DNA of 64,000 nt from Podarcis tiliguerta. Lineage: Eukaryota. The stretch's first letter is position 1, and each line of letters begins with the position of its first letter. Positions 48,359-60,597 of this stretch are shown one piece after another. The stretch is taken from the NCBI GenBank assembly GCA_965153285.1, contig OZ229112.1, one strand, 5' to 3'. The position numbers and the translations under genes are program-made. The notes under the pieces were generated by a model. It worked only from the letters and a program-made list of their open reading frames with translations, was not told where the DNA came from and ran no database searches.

Positions 48359-49725
48359 CAAAAGTCTAGGTACATGCTAGTAATAAATTGGTGTTGCACA
48401 AGGTACAGTAAGAGTGTCATACTGGTTTGCAGTATTACAAGGCAGTCATGTAGCAAGAAAATCCTCTATTGTAGCTGTGCTTATCTGTGGAAGCATATTT
48501 TGACTTTCAACAAATTTAGCAAAACCTAGTGGAAGCCATGTGGGACTGGATGGATGTGGATGCAAATTCTATGTCAGCCATGAATTTTCTCAATTATATT
48601 TGAGAGTCATAATCTTGCCCTATTCCATAATGCGCTACACTGGCTGCTCTCCCCACTTTCTCTCCCAAACACACCCCGGCCCCTCTGGGGAAATAGCAAT
48701 TATCTAGTATCCATTGCCAGTGCTTGCTAGAGCAGTGCACCCAGCAGAACACTTTTTAAAGTTGTTTTTTTTAGGTGGTGACCAGTGTATGCTATCCCCA
48801 AAGTACCCATGCGAAGTGTTGGTGCTGTGCCTGTTTTCTAATGCACTGCCACTCCCCTATATCTCTTGCTGCCACTGTGTAGTCATTTAGGTATCCCAAA
48901 CAAAGCCCCCACTATACAAGGACCACCACTACCTCTTCAAGACTAATTATTTTCAGAAATGAAAAAAATACAGTCAAAGCTTCCTTAGATTTAAAGCAAA
49001 AGAGCAATATATCGCTGAGTCCCAAAATGTAAAATCTATCTGGAAGATACCTTATGTCAATAAGAGAAAATATCTAACAGAAAATTTAAAAACGAAACGT
49101 AATGGGCAAGGAAGCCCATTTTTTCTGCATTCCAGATGTGGACCATCTCTATCCCTAAGCATTGCTATAATAAAGGATTACATCTTGATCTGCTGAAAAA
49201 TCCTTCCCACCCCCCTTCTTCAGTACATCACCCCTGTACACTTCTGTTTTGACTCATTTCTTTAAAGCACAGTGTTTTCAGATTATTAAATAGTGTTATA
49301 AATTATTCAGGTACCAGACATGCTTTGTGACTGGCATGGGTCCAGTTGCAATCACATGGAGATCTCTGGATGCCAGGTTGGCATCTCTGGATGCCAGGTT
49401 GGGAAAAGCAAAATGTCACTTAGGTACTTAGAGAAGGATCTGAAATATTTTCCTTGAAGTTTGAATTTGTTTTATTCTGGATTGCTTTATTTGATGTGTT
49501 GTAAACCACTTTTAGATTTGTTCTTTAAACTATAAAGTGGTATAGAAATGAAATGAATAATATCAATTGCAAAAAAACACCTAGACATTCCATTGTGGCA
49601 CCCATAACCTAGGTTTAAGGTGCCATTTGGCAATTAGCTTAGATATCAGAGTTTTTAACACTGTAAGTAGTGCAGTTCTTCTCTTGTGTTAATTCTTCCA
49701 ACACATTGGCTTCTTTTGCTTTTAG

Positions 49726-50502
49726 GTATTAATGGGCCGAGTGCCTGACAGAGGTGGCAGACCCAACGAAATTGAACCTCCTCCTCCCGAAATGCCACCG
49801 TGGCAAAAAAGGCAAGATGGTCCTCAGCAGCAAAGTGGTGGAGGCAGGGGTGGCAGAGGTGGCTATGAGTCGTCCTACGGAGGTCGTGGAGGTTATGAGC
49901 AAGGGGGCCACGACCGAGGAGGCCGCGGAGGATATGACCAAGGAGGCTACGACCGTGGCAGCCGCGGAGGGTACGACTCATCCTACGGAAGCCGTGGAGG
50001 CCATGAACACGGGGGTCACGAGCGAGGAGGGCGAGGACGTGGTGGCTATGACTATGGAGCCAGAGGGGGAGGCAGAGGAGGCAAACCCCAAGGAGGCTGG
50101 ACTGATGGTGGAGGAAGTGGCTATCAAGATGTCAACTATAGGGATAGTAACTACAGAGACGCAAGCTTTCAAACTGGGGGTTATCACGGTGGCGGCGGCT
50201 ATCAAGGAGGTGGCTATGGTGGTTATCAATCTTCATATTCAGGAAGCGGATATCAAGGTGGTGGCGGCAGCTACCAGCAAGACAACAGATATCAAGATGG
50301 GCACTCCAATGATCGAGGTGGAGGCCGCGGAGGAGGCCGGGGCCGTGGTCGTGGCGGCCGTGGCGGGCAAGGAGGTGGCTGGGGGGGAGCAAGAGGTGCA
50401 CAGAACTTTAATCAAGGGGGGCAATTTGAGCAGCACTTCCAACATGGGGGATATCAGTACAATCAGTCTGGATTTGGACAAGGAAGACACTTCACAAGCT
50501 GA
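49726..50502 (+). CDS. FAM98A: FAM98A terminal coding exon: VLMGRVPDRGGRP, then an RGG/Gly-Tyr-rich tail ending GFGQGRHFTS
   Basis: ttgcttttag acceptor; the C-terminus FEQHFQHGGYQYN..GFGQGRH identifies FAM98A rather than FAM98B; adjacency to RASGRP3 agrees. Confidence 0.96.
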   Translation, partial: VLMGRVPDRGGRPNEIEPPPPEMPPWQKRQDGPQQQSGGGRGGRGGYESSYGGRGGYEQGGHDRGGRGGYDQGGYDRGSRGGYDSSYGSRGGHEHGGHERGGRGRGGYDYGARGGGRGGKPQGGWTDGGGSGYQDVNYRDSNYRDASFQTGGYHGGGGYQGGGYGGYQSSYSGSGYQGGGGSYQQDNRYQDGHSNDRGGGRGGGRGRGRGGRGGQGGGWGGARGAQNFNQGGQFEQHFQHGGYQYNQSGFGQGRHFTS

Positions 50503-51515
50503 GGCTGCAAAAGCTTCCATTTGGGCAGAGCTCATGTAATAGATTTTCTATGGTTTTCTTTCTGAATTAGTACCAGGCCATGTCAGGCTGCTTCCGGAAA
50601 ATGATCTTTGCTTTTGAGCACCTGTGAAAGGTGCGCATAAGTCTGATGCTGCGTAAAATGCAGCATTTCACCTCCAGGAAGCTCAGAACTTTAAGACAGC
50701 AGCCCTGGTTCTGTTCACAAAAGGAAAATTGAGTACATGTCTGTCACACCTCTAATATGCAAACTAGTATGTCTGTCGGATTTTACATGAGCTCATTCTT
50801 CCTTTAAGAATCTTCTGCTCTTCAAGCCACTTTGAATATTGCTCTTCACCCTGATTTTCTGTAGACAACAAGCTGACTTCAAACCTGTATTGTAAAGCTG
50901 CAGGTGTGTGTAGTTAGTTGTGTGCAAGAGCCTTTGAGGTGGGTTGGATTTATGCATTTGTAACTGCACAGAATTGCAGCCTACTTCACGGGGTCCATGT
51001 CTATTATATGAGCTCTACTGCTGATGACTTGTTCAATAGCCTTATCTCTCATTGATCAAAACCACACTCATGTCCCCATCAGAGGACCCAGCCACTGTCA
51101 TGCCACGCAAAGGTCATATAACAAACCGAGCTAAGTTGTGAACAGATAGTATATGTAGCCTTGTGCTTCAGCATAATTCAGATTCATTTCACACACCAAA
51201 AAAAGAGTTGATCCCCTGACCAGCCTAATTTTTACTTGAAATTAGCTAGCAGTAATGGCAAGCTGAAACTTGTTTTGTGCACGAGTTAATACCACTGATC
51301 AGCAATTATAGGATGGTTTCAATTTTTGGCATCTAACTTAAGACAAAATGCCCTTCAGGTGGGATTGTTACAGTTTTCCTTACTAAAAGTCACATCAGTG
51401 CGCCTTGCCTGGGGGTTTTTTTGTGTATGAGTGTGAGTGTGCGTGTGTGTACAGAAACATTGTCAAGCTGTGAAAGAAAAATGGCTGAAGGTGTGCTATT
51501 GTATAAAAGGTGAGC

Positions 51516-51521
51516 AATAAA
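51516..51521 (+). terminator. FAM98A: Candidate proximal FAM98A poly(A) signal (distal candidates at 53517 and 54333)
   Basis: AATAAA followed by T/GT-rich sequence (tggtttgtttctcttt). Confidence 0.5.
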
Positions 51522-54500
51522 AGTATCTGTTCTCCTATTGGTTTGTTTCTCTTTACCTTTCAGTTGGTGCATGGGTTACCAATATTTTTGAGCCAGCAGG
51601 CACAGCTTGACTTTAGAGAAAATGCTGTGGATGCTAGCAACAAAATGGCTGCCACTGGGCATGGACCAAGTTTGGAAAGAGTAGACAGTGCTGCTGCCCA
51701 AGTGTCAGGCTTTCCATGGGAAGTAAGCTTTTGTCCCGAGTGTCGACGTCACACCACAGTTACTACATGGTTGTTGGCTAATAAGAACAGGAAGCATTCC
51801 CCAGTTCCCAAAAAAATACACAACGTGGCCACACACTCATACACACAAACCACAAACACATGCATCTGCCACTCAGGTGTACACCACATTTCTCCCTCTT
51901 GGAGAGACAACACAATATTGATACTGCCTTTCCTTCCTCACCTACTTCTCTCTCACAGACGCCACACATCCATGCATCTGACCCGCATGCACAGACCACA
52001 TGTACTTCTCTCCCAAGTGCACATTTCCCTCTTGCGTGCATGGCGGGGGGTTGGCAGGAATAGTTAAACACTAGACAGGTGGAACAGGCTGTCTCACCTA
52101 TATATTTTGCCTCCTAGATTTTAAGAATGTGAGACATTTAATGGCTTCCATCAGAGGTCAAAAAGCTCCTTGCAAATAGGGATGGGGCTTCTCACCTGTC
52201 TGCCTGTTTCTTGGTTGTAGCAAGTAGAACAGCTCGTAGTGGCAGGGAAATGGAAGGCAGTGGTTCTGCCCCTTCAAGTGTATTGATCACAAGCAATTTT
52301 TGATCCTAAATGCTATTATAGGTCAAGGAGTATAAACGTTATGTTTCCCTGCATAGAACATATTCATAGCCAAGTTGCTAATTCTCATGGATGTAGAAAA
52401 CATCTTGATCAAGTGTTGGCAAGTGTTTTTAAACTGCTTTAAAAAATGAGAGGAGAGTGGGCTATCATTCTATTGTATGCCTAGAAATCAGCTTTGTACT
52501 TGCTCCTCTTCCCTGACCTTGGGGCTCAGTTTCAGTTTCCCTATATGGTATTCTCCTTTCCCTTATGCCACCAAAGTCTTTAACCAAGAAAGACACCCTA
52601 AATTCACCATAGACCTGAATTTTGTAAACATACTAAGATACGGAAAGCAAGTAAATGCATGCAATTTAACTCAGTATGTGTATTTTATACTTTGATTAGA
52701 AGGTTAATTGCATTTAATTGCTTTGCATAGCTTATTAGAAGTACATTAATTCTTATTTATGTGTAAGGTATAGATTACTTGTAAACCGTAACCCATTAGC
52801 ATTAGGTATCTATAGCTTGGAAATCAACAGACTTAACACAGAATAAGATTGTGGGCACAGAATTCTGGAGCCCACTGTACCTCCGACTTGGCAAAAATTC
52901 AAAAGTATGTCACAGTATACATACTGGCATCACAATGGTCAATCAAGTTGTCAAGGTTTTTATGACCACTAGGTGTTGCTCCTGATCCACAAGTAAAAAA
53001 AAAACCAGTAACAAAGAAAGCTTGTTCTCGATTCCTACTAATAGACTGAAGGGGTTTCTGTGTTCCATGTCCTAGAAAATGATGCATCCTTGTCTCCACG
53101 TGGCGTTAAATTACTGCATGTCTGTGCAGATGGGTTTTGGTCTCAGAAAGCATTGGGTTTTTAATGCAATCTTTCTATGCCATACCCCAAAAGATATTGA
53201 AAGTAAAAAAAAAAGGGCTCAGTATAAACATTGCTGATTCAGTGCAAGGAACTAGGGTGAGATTTTCAAGTACGGTAGCTTGGTATCTCTGAATTCCTTG
53301 TCACGGTTTTCTGGGAACCAGCAGTGCTTAGGATAGGCTGTGAGACTAGTTTTCAGAGATCTTTGAATAAGTTACGCATACCCATGAAAATGCAAAAGAA
53401 CTTTGTTATAGAACATGAAGGCATTTTGCTTGCACAGGTGAAACGTGCAGTAGTGCCGTTTAATCTACCATGTTAATTGAACAATGAGTTAACACTAGTG
53501 AACATAATTGTGCTTGAATAAAATGCTTCTTGCTCCTTAGTAGCATGAGATTTGATCCGTAACAAAATTGTGTTAGGGAGACAGTCTGAAGTGGCTATGG
53601 AATTGGGATGGATGTGCAGGCCTCAAATGGGGCCTTTCTCAAGTTACCTCTGGCTCCTTGCTTTGTTGTCAACAGTCGCAGACTGGAACTATGTGGGTAA
53701 GGCCACTTATGCTGGTCATTCTCCTTCCTATACAGCTATTAAAAAATATATGTGGTTAGCCCTGTTCACATGGTGCTGGCTATAGGATACCATGAGTCTT
53801 TTCAAGCTAGGAAATGATTGTACAAGAGAAAGGCTGACAGCAGACGGAAAAAGATTTACAGTATGTGAGTGGCTGTCATCGTATGGTTCCAGGATACATC
53901 TAAATGACACATGGAAATCACAGCATTGACCCATCTAGTTCAGTATTCTCCATGCTGATTGGCAGTGCCTCTCCAGATTTTCAGGGGTTTTTGGTTGTGG
54001 CAGAATTTGTGTAATACTGCCAGTTCTTTTTGTAGTCTCAATAGTTCAGGGAAACCCTTGGCACAAGGTCCTATATACATCATTTATCAAACATTACTGT
54101 TGCTGGTGCTGGTGCATCCTTGGAGAGTTCCAAAGATCAGTCAGGAACTGTTTAACCAGTTAGGTAAATTAATTAGAGGGGATGCCTATTCTCTAGCATA
54201 GCATAAATATAAATACTACAGAATTCATTTTTATATGCATCTAGCTTTCTCTGGCTTTTAGTAGTGTAGTAACACGGAAGAGACCTCTAATCCAAGTATC
54301 AGGGTGCAATACAGAGGGTCGGTAAATTGCAGAATAAAACATTCTGACACAGTGTTATGGGGACAGTGTTTCTCATTTTGTAGCCAGGAAAGCTTAGCTC
54401 AGACAGGCAATAGCTTACCCATGTAATTTGGCTTCATAAATGATCTCTGCAGAAGGACACACTGCTTCGGTATATTCTTGAGTTGCATTAAACATTCTGT

Positions 54501-54524
54501 ACTGCATTTTATGAAATCAAGTGT

Positions 54525-54530
54525 TTTATT
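54525..54530 (-). terminator. RASGRP3: Candidate RASGRP3 poly(A) signal
   Basis: tttatt on the plus strand (AATAAA on minus), about 870 nt past the stop. Confidence 0.4.
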
Positions 54531-55401
54531 TAGGTAACTTCTAGTGTGCTGAAAAGAGTAAAAACAAAACACCAGTAACCATTAAACTAAAATGTGTACT
54601 ACCTGATCCTTCATCATAAGGCATAGCACTTGAAAAGTCTTTTCTCTCCCTCTCTCTCCAGTTCCTTCAATGACTCATCATAGCACCTGTATTCCATAAG
54701 CCTTTCCACATCTGGTATATGTTGAAGGTGACATCTTCCAGTGAACTATTGCTGGGAGACTTTGTAGCACACACAACAGTAGCTTGTTGGAGAAAAATGT
54801 AAACCTCTTCCAAACTTCGTTGGGGTGGGGACAAAACAAAACATTCTGGCGAAAGCCGGAAATGAAATGACTGTGCAGAGGTATTCTTTGTGATAAGAGA
54901 ATCTCTAGGCTGTGCAAGTCTTCAAGTGCCACCCATTTATGACGTAGCTGTCAGTGCCAGACAAAGAATGCAGTCTCAAACAAAAGAACTGGGGAAAGCA
55001 CATTGTCCATATCGGAACGTGTGACATTAACATATACCAAAATATTAACATGTGCCCGGCAGGTTTCCACAACTGTGATTGCTGCAGATGCCAAGGTGTC
55101 CTTGCTGGTGAAATAGTCTGGAACCACAGTTGCCCGAGAAATAGAAACAAATAATGATACGCTGGAGCTATAACACTCCTTTGTTTTCTGTCTGTGCAAG
55201 ACTGATCAAACTACTTAACCTAGGTGAACAAAAATAAATACGGTAACTGTCATTAAATTTCTTTCACAGGTGATTTTGGAAAAAAACCAAACTGCTGAAT
55301 TTGACAATGGAATGATGTTCAACCAAATCTGGCAATTTATGGAATATCACATTGTACTTCCTTGAACTATCTTCCAGCTTTGCAGCAGCAGCAGCAGCCA
55401 C

Positions 55402-55410
55402 TCAACTAGC
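55402..55410 (-). CDS. RASGRP3: RASGRP3 last exon, coding only Ala-Ser-stop
   Basis: Strong acceptor ttttttgtttgttacag|GCT AGT TGA, phase 0 matching the upstream donor. Confidence 0.75.
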   Translation of the reverse strand, partial: AS

Positions 55411-55454
55411 CTGTAACAAACAAAAAATGAGATAATATATATTATTTCTTAATA

Positions 55455-55689
55455 CAGAGGTACCTCTGGATGCGAACGGGATCCGTTCCGGAGCCCCGAT
55501 CGCATCCTGAAGCGAATGCAACCCAAGTATGTGTGTGCGTGGGTCATGATTCGCCACTTCTGCGCATGCATGTGATGCCATTTTGAGCGTCTGCGCATGC
55601 GCGAGTGGCGAAACCCAGAAGTAACACGTTCCGTTACTTCTCAACCCGTTACGCTCAACCTGAAGCAACTTAAACCCAAGGTATGACTG
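55455..55689. mobile_element. Tigger-like MITE, family B variant, in the last RASGRP3 intron
   Basis: TA|cagaggtacctc ... aaggtatgactg|TA. Confidence 0.8.
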
Positions 55690-55761
55690 TATCCTGGTTA
55701 GATATTCTAAGGACCGAGTTATATAAACATCAGGGTTACATAGCTGGACCATACTGCTTAA

Positions 55762-56030
55762 TGTAAGAAGAGATGGATCAGGCCAAAGGCCCATCTAGTC
55801 CAGCATCCTATTCTCACAGTGTCCAACCGGACACCTATGGGATGTGTACCAGCATCTCCCACTTGAAACCCCCATCTAGCATTCAGAAGCAGATGGCCTC
55901 CAAAACCAGACACAGCACATAATAGTCTTTTCACGTGTGAATTTGTCTAAACCCTGTTTAAACCCATCCAAGGTGATGGGCATCACTTCATCTTATGGTA
56001 ATCAATTCCATATCTATATGTGGTGCGAAG
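55762..56030 (-). mobile_element. CR1 3'-end or CR1-tail SINE fragment (related piece at about 57510-57725)
   Basis: taagaagag..ggatcaggccaaaggcccatctagtccagcatcc is the reverse complement of a CR1-type tail. Confidence 0.55.
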
Positions 56031-56598
56031 AGGTCCGTATTTTAACCCTATGTTTCTGCATAGGGTTTAATGGATTTAGTTTGTATGACATTTCCCCCCA
56101 ATGAGCTGTGCCCAAGGTGGCATATGCTGGATTACAAATTAAGCATGCTACCTGATGTTAAAAATCAATAACAAAAATCCATCCCCAACTCTGGGGAGCA
56201 AAATAATCTAGGCTCATACAATGCTATGAGAAGAGGTTTTTTTATATATAAAGTGAGCAGGCAGTCTGAACCAGTAAAAGCTGCACCCTGTGACATTAGG
56301 TTATACAAATTAACTCTCAAGCCAGTATTCCAATTGCCATGCTTTAATTTGATTTATTCTATTTAAATATTTTGGTCAGAACATGAACTATATGTGTATT
56401 TACATATAACAGGATGCACAACTGCCACAGTGGCAAAAAAAATTCCACAGATAAATTAAGTTAATGCTCATGGTCTTGAATGGTGAGCATTTGTCTTGCC
56501 CCATCTAAGAAAATTCTTAGGCACGACTTGAATTGTAGCACTTCAGAGAAAACACAGAAGCCCTGGCAGTAAACGTTTAATGACATCCTATAACCCAC

Positions 56599-56963
56599 CT
56601 CCATTTCCTGTCTTTCTAGGAGCGTTTCTGTTCCATTCTGGTCCAACACATGTGCTGTAGTTCCTACTGCAGTGTCCATATTGGCTTGAATGTTCGATTT
56701 TTCATTCTCCCACTTTGCAAAGCCTTTATTCTTTCCCAATTTCCCATGGAGTTTGGACTTCATTTTGGGGAAGGTGTGTGGTCCTGAATCTCCCCAACCA
56801 GACTCATGCCACAGCGGCTCTGTCTGGGTTGCTTGGCTGGTGGTTACCCGCTGTAGATGGACCGAAATCTTTCGAGAATTGCCAGTGACGAGTGTGATTG
56901 CTCTGCTGTCTAGATCCTGATTTTGTGGAGTTACACTAGGAAAATTAAATACTTCACCTTGCA
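56599..56963 (-). CDS. RASGRP3: RASGRP3 penultimate coding exon (DLDSRAITLVTG...TTSQATQTEP...HTFPKMKSK...KGFAKWENEK)
   Basis: ttcccctttgtag acceptor, GAG|gtgggt donor; RASGRP3-specific tail with a TQT dynein-light-chain (LC8) motif. Confidence 0.93.
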
Positions 56964-57111
56964 CTACAAAGGGGAAGAAAGAAGCAGAGATTAATTTTAC
57001 TAATAACATTGTCTCCTTCAAACCAATCACCTTTTTCTACCAGGGGTAGGGAACCCATGGTCTTCCAGCTGTTCTTCACCAGCCCCAGCCAGAATGGCGA
57101 ATGATTCCATG

Positions 57112-57505
57112 CAGACCACAAGGTTAACATGAGTCAACAGTGTGATGCAGCAGCAAAAAAAACCCTCATGCTATTCTAGGCTTCAACAGAAATATAGGGT
57201 CCTGATCAAGGGCAGCCCTTTAAGAAGGATATTGAACATGTGCAGAAGACGGCAACCAATATTATCAAAGGTCTGGAAAACAAGCCTTATGAGGAACAGT
57301 TGAGGGACTTAGGTATGTTTAGCATGATAAAGAGGAGACTGAAAGGAGATATGCTAGCCATCTTAAAATATCTAAAGGGCTGTGACATGGAAGATGCAGC
57401 AAGCTAGTTTTCTCCTGCTCCGGAGTATAGGATTTGAACCAATGCATTCAAGTTACAAGAACGGAGATTCCAACTAAACATTCAGAAGCACTTTCTGATG
57501 GTAAG
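57112..57505 (+). mobile_element. CR1 LINE ORF2 3' fragment
   Basis: catgagtcaacagtgtgatgcagcagcaaaaaa...ccttatgaggaacagttgagggacttaggtatgtttagc... ([12 protein letters not shown]). Confidence 0.8.
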
Positions 57506-58220
57506 GAGCACTCTCTCTTCCTGTGGTTTCTAGCAACTGATATTCAGGAGCCCTGCTGCCTCCAACTGTGGAGGCAGAGAACAGTCATCATGGCTAGTAG
57601 CCATTGATGGCCTACTCCTCCATGCATTTGTCTAAGCCTCTTTTAAAGCCATCCAGTTGGTGGCCATTGCTGCTTCTTGTGGAAGGGAGTTCCACAGATT
57701 AGCTTCGTGCTGCCTAAAGAAGTACAGGCTGAGACCATTTTAGGCGTGTCTGATATGTGCACGTCCACATACAAGTGCATCATACCGAACTGACCTGACC
57801 TGAAAACGTCCCCAAATGGGCGGAACGGGGTGTCTGCAGGCTCTCTCAATGGTGTTTCAAATATTCACAATTTCACTTAAATTATTAGGGCAGTGCTGAT
57901 CATGTGGTTTGAGCAAGTTGTGTGGTTTCACAGGCAAAGGTCACTACTCTGGTATGGAGCCTCACATGCAAACACATGGAAGTGAGGTTTTGGGATCAGC
58001 TGTGCAAATTGGGCCACATGCATCTCACTGGAGAGGATACTCCATCAATCTCACTTCAGGGCTATTTATTGTGGGAGAGAGGTTATTGAGGATATCCTTG
58101 GGAATAAAAGAAGCTCCTTGCTTTATCAAAGCAATGGCTACTGCATTCTTGGAAACTCATGTGATAAATTGTTGCGCAACAAAGGAAACTGTTCAACAAC
58201 CCATTGTTGTCCTCTCTTAC

Positions 58221-58346
58221 CTGCTGGCAATGATGGACTATTAGGCAAAGAACCGTGACTGCTACCCAGTGACATCCCTCTGGCAAACTTCCTGCAGGCT
58301 AGAACTAGCAGATCTCTGCATTGCTTATGACAGTTAGCACCGCAAT
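58221..58346 (-). CDS. RASGRP3: RASGRP3 exon, end of the C1 domain (DCGANCHKQCRDLLVLACRKFARG...SPSLPA)
   Basis: atttattccag acceptor, CAG|gtaaga donor; C1 Cys/His ligands. Confidence 0.94.
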
Positions 58347-58923
58347 CTGGAATAAATTGCCAGAGAAAAGAAAAATTGGATCTGGCAAACTACAGTTTCC
58401 AAAGAGATGCAAACAACGACAAAAAAAAAATTCAACTCTGCAAAAGCTTTCAAAGTCTGTCTGAGGAATTTCCACGTAAGTGGCATGATGTGAGTGGAAG
58501 CCAAGCATGAAATGTCACACTAAAATAGAATCTAGGGCTGCATACAAATTATTATTTCTGTGAAGCAATGCTCTTTATCATTATTAACTATGATCAGCAC
58601 TGACAGGTACAAACATGACAGACATAAAATGAAGGGGAAAGTTGTTGGGGAACCCTTTTCCAAAGAGTTTGGAGCTTCAGAGGGGAAAAAGCAGCTGATA
58701 CGCTTCTAATTTGAAACTGGAAGGTTGCAGGCGGAAGAGAAACTCCCCCCCCCCTTCCTTCACTGTTTCTCCACTCCAAAAGTGGTGTTTCCTAAGAAAA
58801 CCTATTTGTCAGGCTTTTTGTAACATGCAGTTCCAGTCCTGGAGTTAGTGATTACTTAATAGGGTCACAAAAGGCCAAGCCAGAGCATTAGTAACCAAGC
58901 GTCCTTCCAATGTGCTAGAATTA

Positions 58924-59181
58924 CCGTATTTTTTGCTCTATAAGACTCACTTTTTCCCTCCTAAAAAGTAAGGGGAAATGTGTGTGCGTCTTATGGAGCG
59001 AATGCAGGCTGCACAGCTTTCCCAGAAGCCAGAACAGCAAGAGGGATTGCTGCTTTCACTGTGCAGCGATTCCTCTTGCTGTTCTGGCTTCTGAGATTCA
59101 GAATATTTTTTTCTTGTTTTCCTCCTCCAAAAACTAGGTGCGTCTTGTGGTCTGGTGCGTCTTATAGAGCAAAAAATACGG
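58924..59181. mobile_element. MITE family A, copy 2
   Basis: Same TIRs, TA flanks and internal sequence as 5720-5978. Confidence 0.85.
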
Positions 59182-59785
59182 TACTTTTCAATGCACACAC
59201 CATTACGGGAGATGTTAAGCAGGGTACAAGGTCTAAGCGCTTTGAAATGCCAGATTTTTCACTGCAGCTTAATTTCAGCTGGAACATGCCATTAATTACA
59301 AACAAACAAGAGCTGCAACAAAATGTCGCAGTGCATGTTTTATGGTGTGGGCCAGCCATACATGCCCTTCCCAGGTATACACTATTCCACCCTGCAACCC
59401 ACCCCAATTTTCTGTTTGGGTTTCTTTATTCTGACTGATATTTATCAGCTTGTGGCTACGGCACATGCTCTGTCGCCACTGGGCTGTTTCAGGGAGGTTT
59501 TTCCTCCCCAAAGGCTTGTTGTTTTTGAAGGCTTATTTTGTACATTTGCAAACTTCAGAACTCCCCAAACATGCTTCCCTCTTGTTTCTCAGTTGCTCCA
59601 TATTGGCCACATAGGTTTTGGCATGCACTGTCTGAATTCACTAATAGCAAGAACAGTCAGTGGCACAGCATCTGACAAGGTGAACAGCATCTAAACGAAG
59701 CTGAGTGTTAAAATGAATTGAAGAGCTGAAGAATGAAAATAGTTTTTCAGCCTGCGAGTGATTAAGGCTGCAGTGCTATGCCTAC

Positions 59786-60089
59786 CAGAGCTGTCTTTCC
59801 TATTGGGCTTACTGGTGCGTTGCACTAGGGCGCTGGCCTCTCAGGGGCGCCCCAGCGAGTGGGGGAGCTGCACGGCTTTGCCGGCCGCCTCCCCTTTCCC
59901 TGCACGCCCACCAGCTGTGCCCCGTCAACCATATGGCTGGCGGGCGTGCAGCTTCCTTCCCAAGCCTCCGCAGGAGGAGAGAGATCCCCGCAGAGGCTTG
60001 GGAAAAGGTCGACAACTCTGGGAAACGGGGGGTGGGGGAGCCTGAGTGATCTTTGCACCACGGCGCTGGATATGCTTAAGACGGCCCTG
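59786..60089. mobile_element. GC-rich non-autonomous hAT element nested in an older palindromic repeat
   Basis: TIR cagagctgtctt / aagacggccctg; TSD atgcctac / atgtctac; the flanks rejoin into the tgca.t.ctatg...acttac...ggagtaag repeat. Confidence 0.75.
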
Positions 60090-60184
60090 ATGTCTACTTA
60101 CCTTGGAGTAAGCACCACTGACCACAGTGGGACTTACGTCTCCGTAAATATGCATGGGACTGCACTGCACCTAACTCTCTAGAT

Positions 60185-60322
60185 CAGCCTTTCTCAACCT
60201 GTGGGTCCCCAGATGTTGTTGAACTACAACTCCCATCACCCCTAGCTAGCAAGGCCAGAGCTCAGGGATGATGGGAGTTGTAGTCCAACAACATCTGGGG
60301 ACCCACAGGTTGAGAACCACTG
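60185..60322. mobile_element. Short palindromic hAT-like MITE (young)
   Basis: Near-perfect inverted arms of about 50 bp; TSD ctctagat / ttctagat. Confidence 0.85.
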
Positions 60323-60356
60323 TTCTAGATCCATCTGAGGTCGAAAGTGCATTGTA

Positions 60357-60597
60357 CAGTGGTACCTCGGGTTAAGTACTTAATTTGTTCCGGAGGTCCA
60401 TTCTTAACCTGAAGCACCATTTTAGCTAATGGGGCCTTCTGCTGATGCTGCGCCGCCAGAGCACAATTTCTGTTCTCATCCTGAAGCAAAGTTCTTAACC
60501 TGAAACACTATTTCTGGGTTAGCAGAGTCTGTAACCTGAAGCGTATGTAACTTGAAGCGTATGTAACTTGAAGCGTATGTAACCCGAGGTACCACTG
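60357..60597. mobile_element. Tigger-like MITE, family B
   Basis: TA|cagtggtacctcgggtta ... taacccgaggtaccactg|TA; 16-nt subterminal tandem (tgaagcgtatgtaac plus t or c) three times. Confidence 0.88.

Noticed and set aside
11231-49402. Short local tandem duplications (about 11231-11277, 23352-23394, 25525-25557, 26401-26431, 49362-49401)
   Set aside because: Ordinary intronic slippage or repair duplications of 16-27 nt with no shared motif.
39409-50502. Alternative identification as FAM98B with RASGRP1
   Set aside because: The N- and C-terminal sequences and the neighbour's SRAITLVTG/QATQT tail fit FAM98A and RASGRP3.
51510-52071. 185-aa His/Thr-rich ORF downstream of FAM98A
   Set aside because: GTG start, CA-rich low complexity, in the probable 3'UTR or flank, with no recognisable domain.
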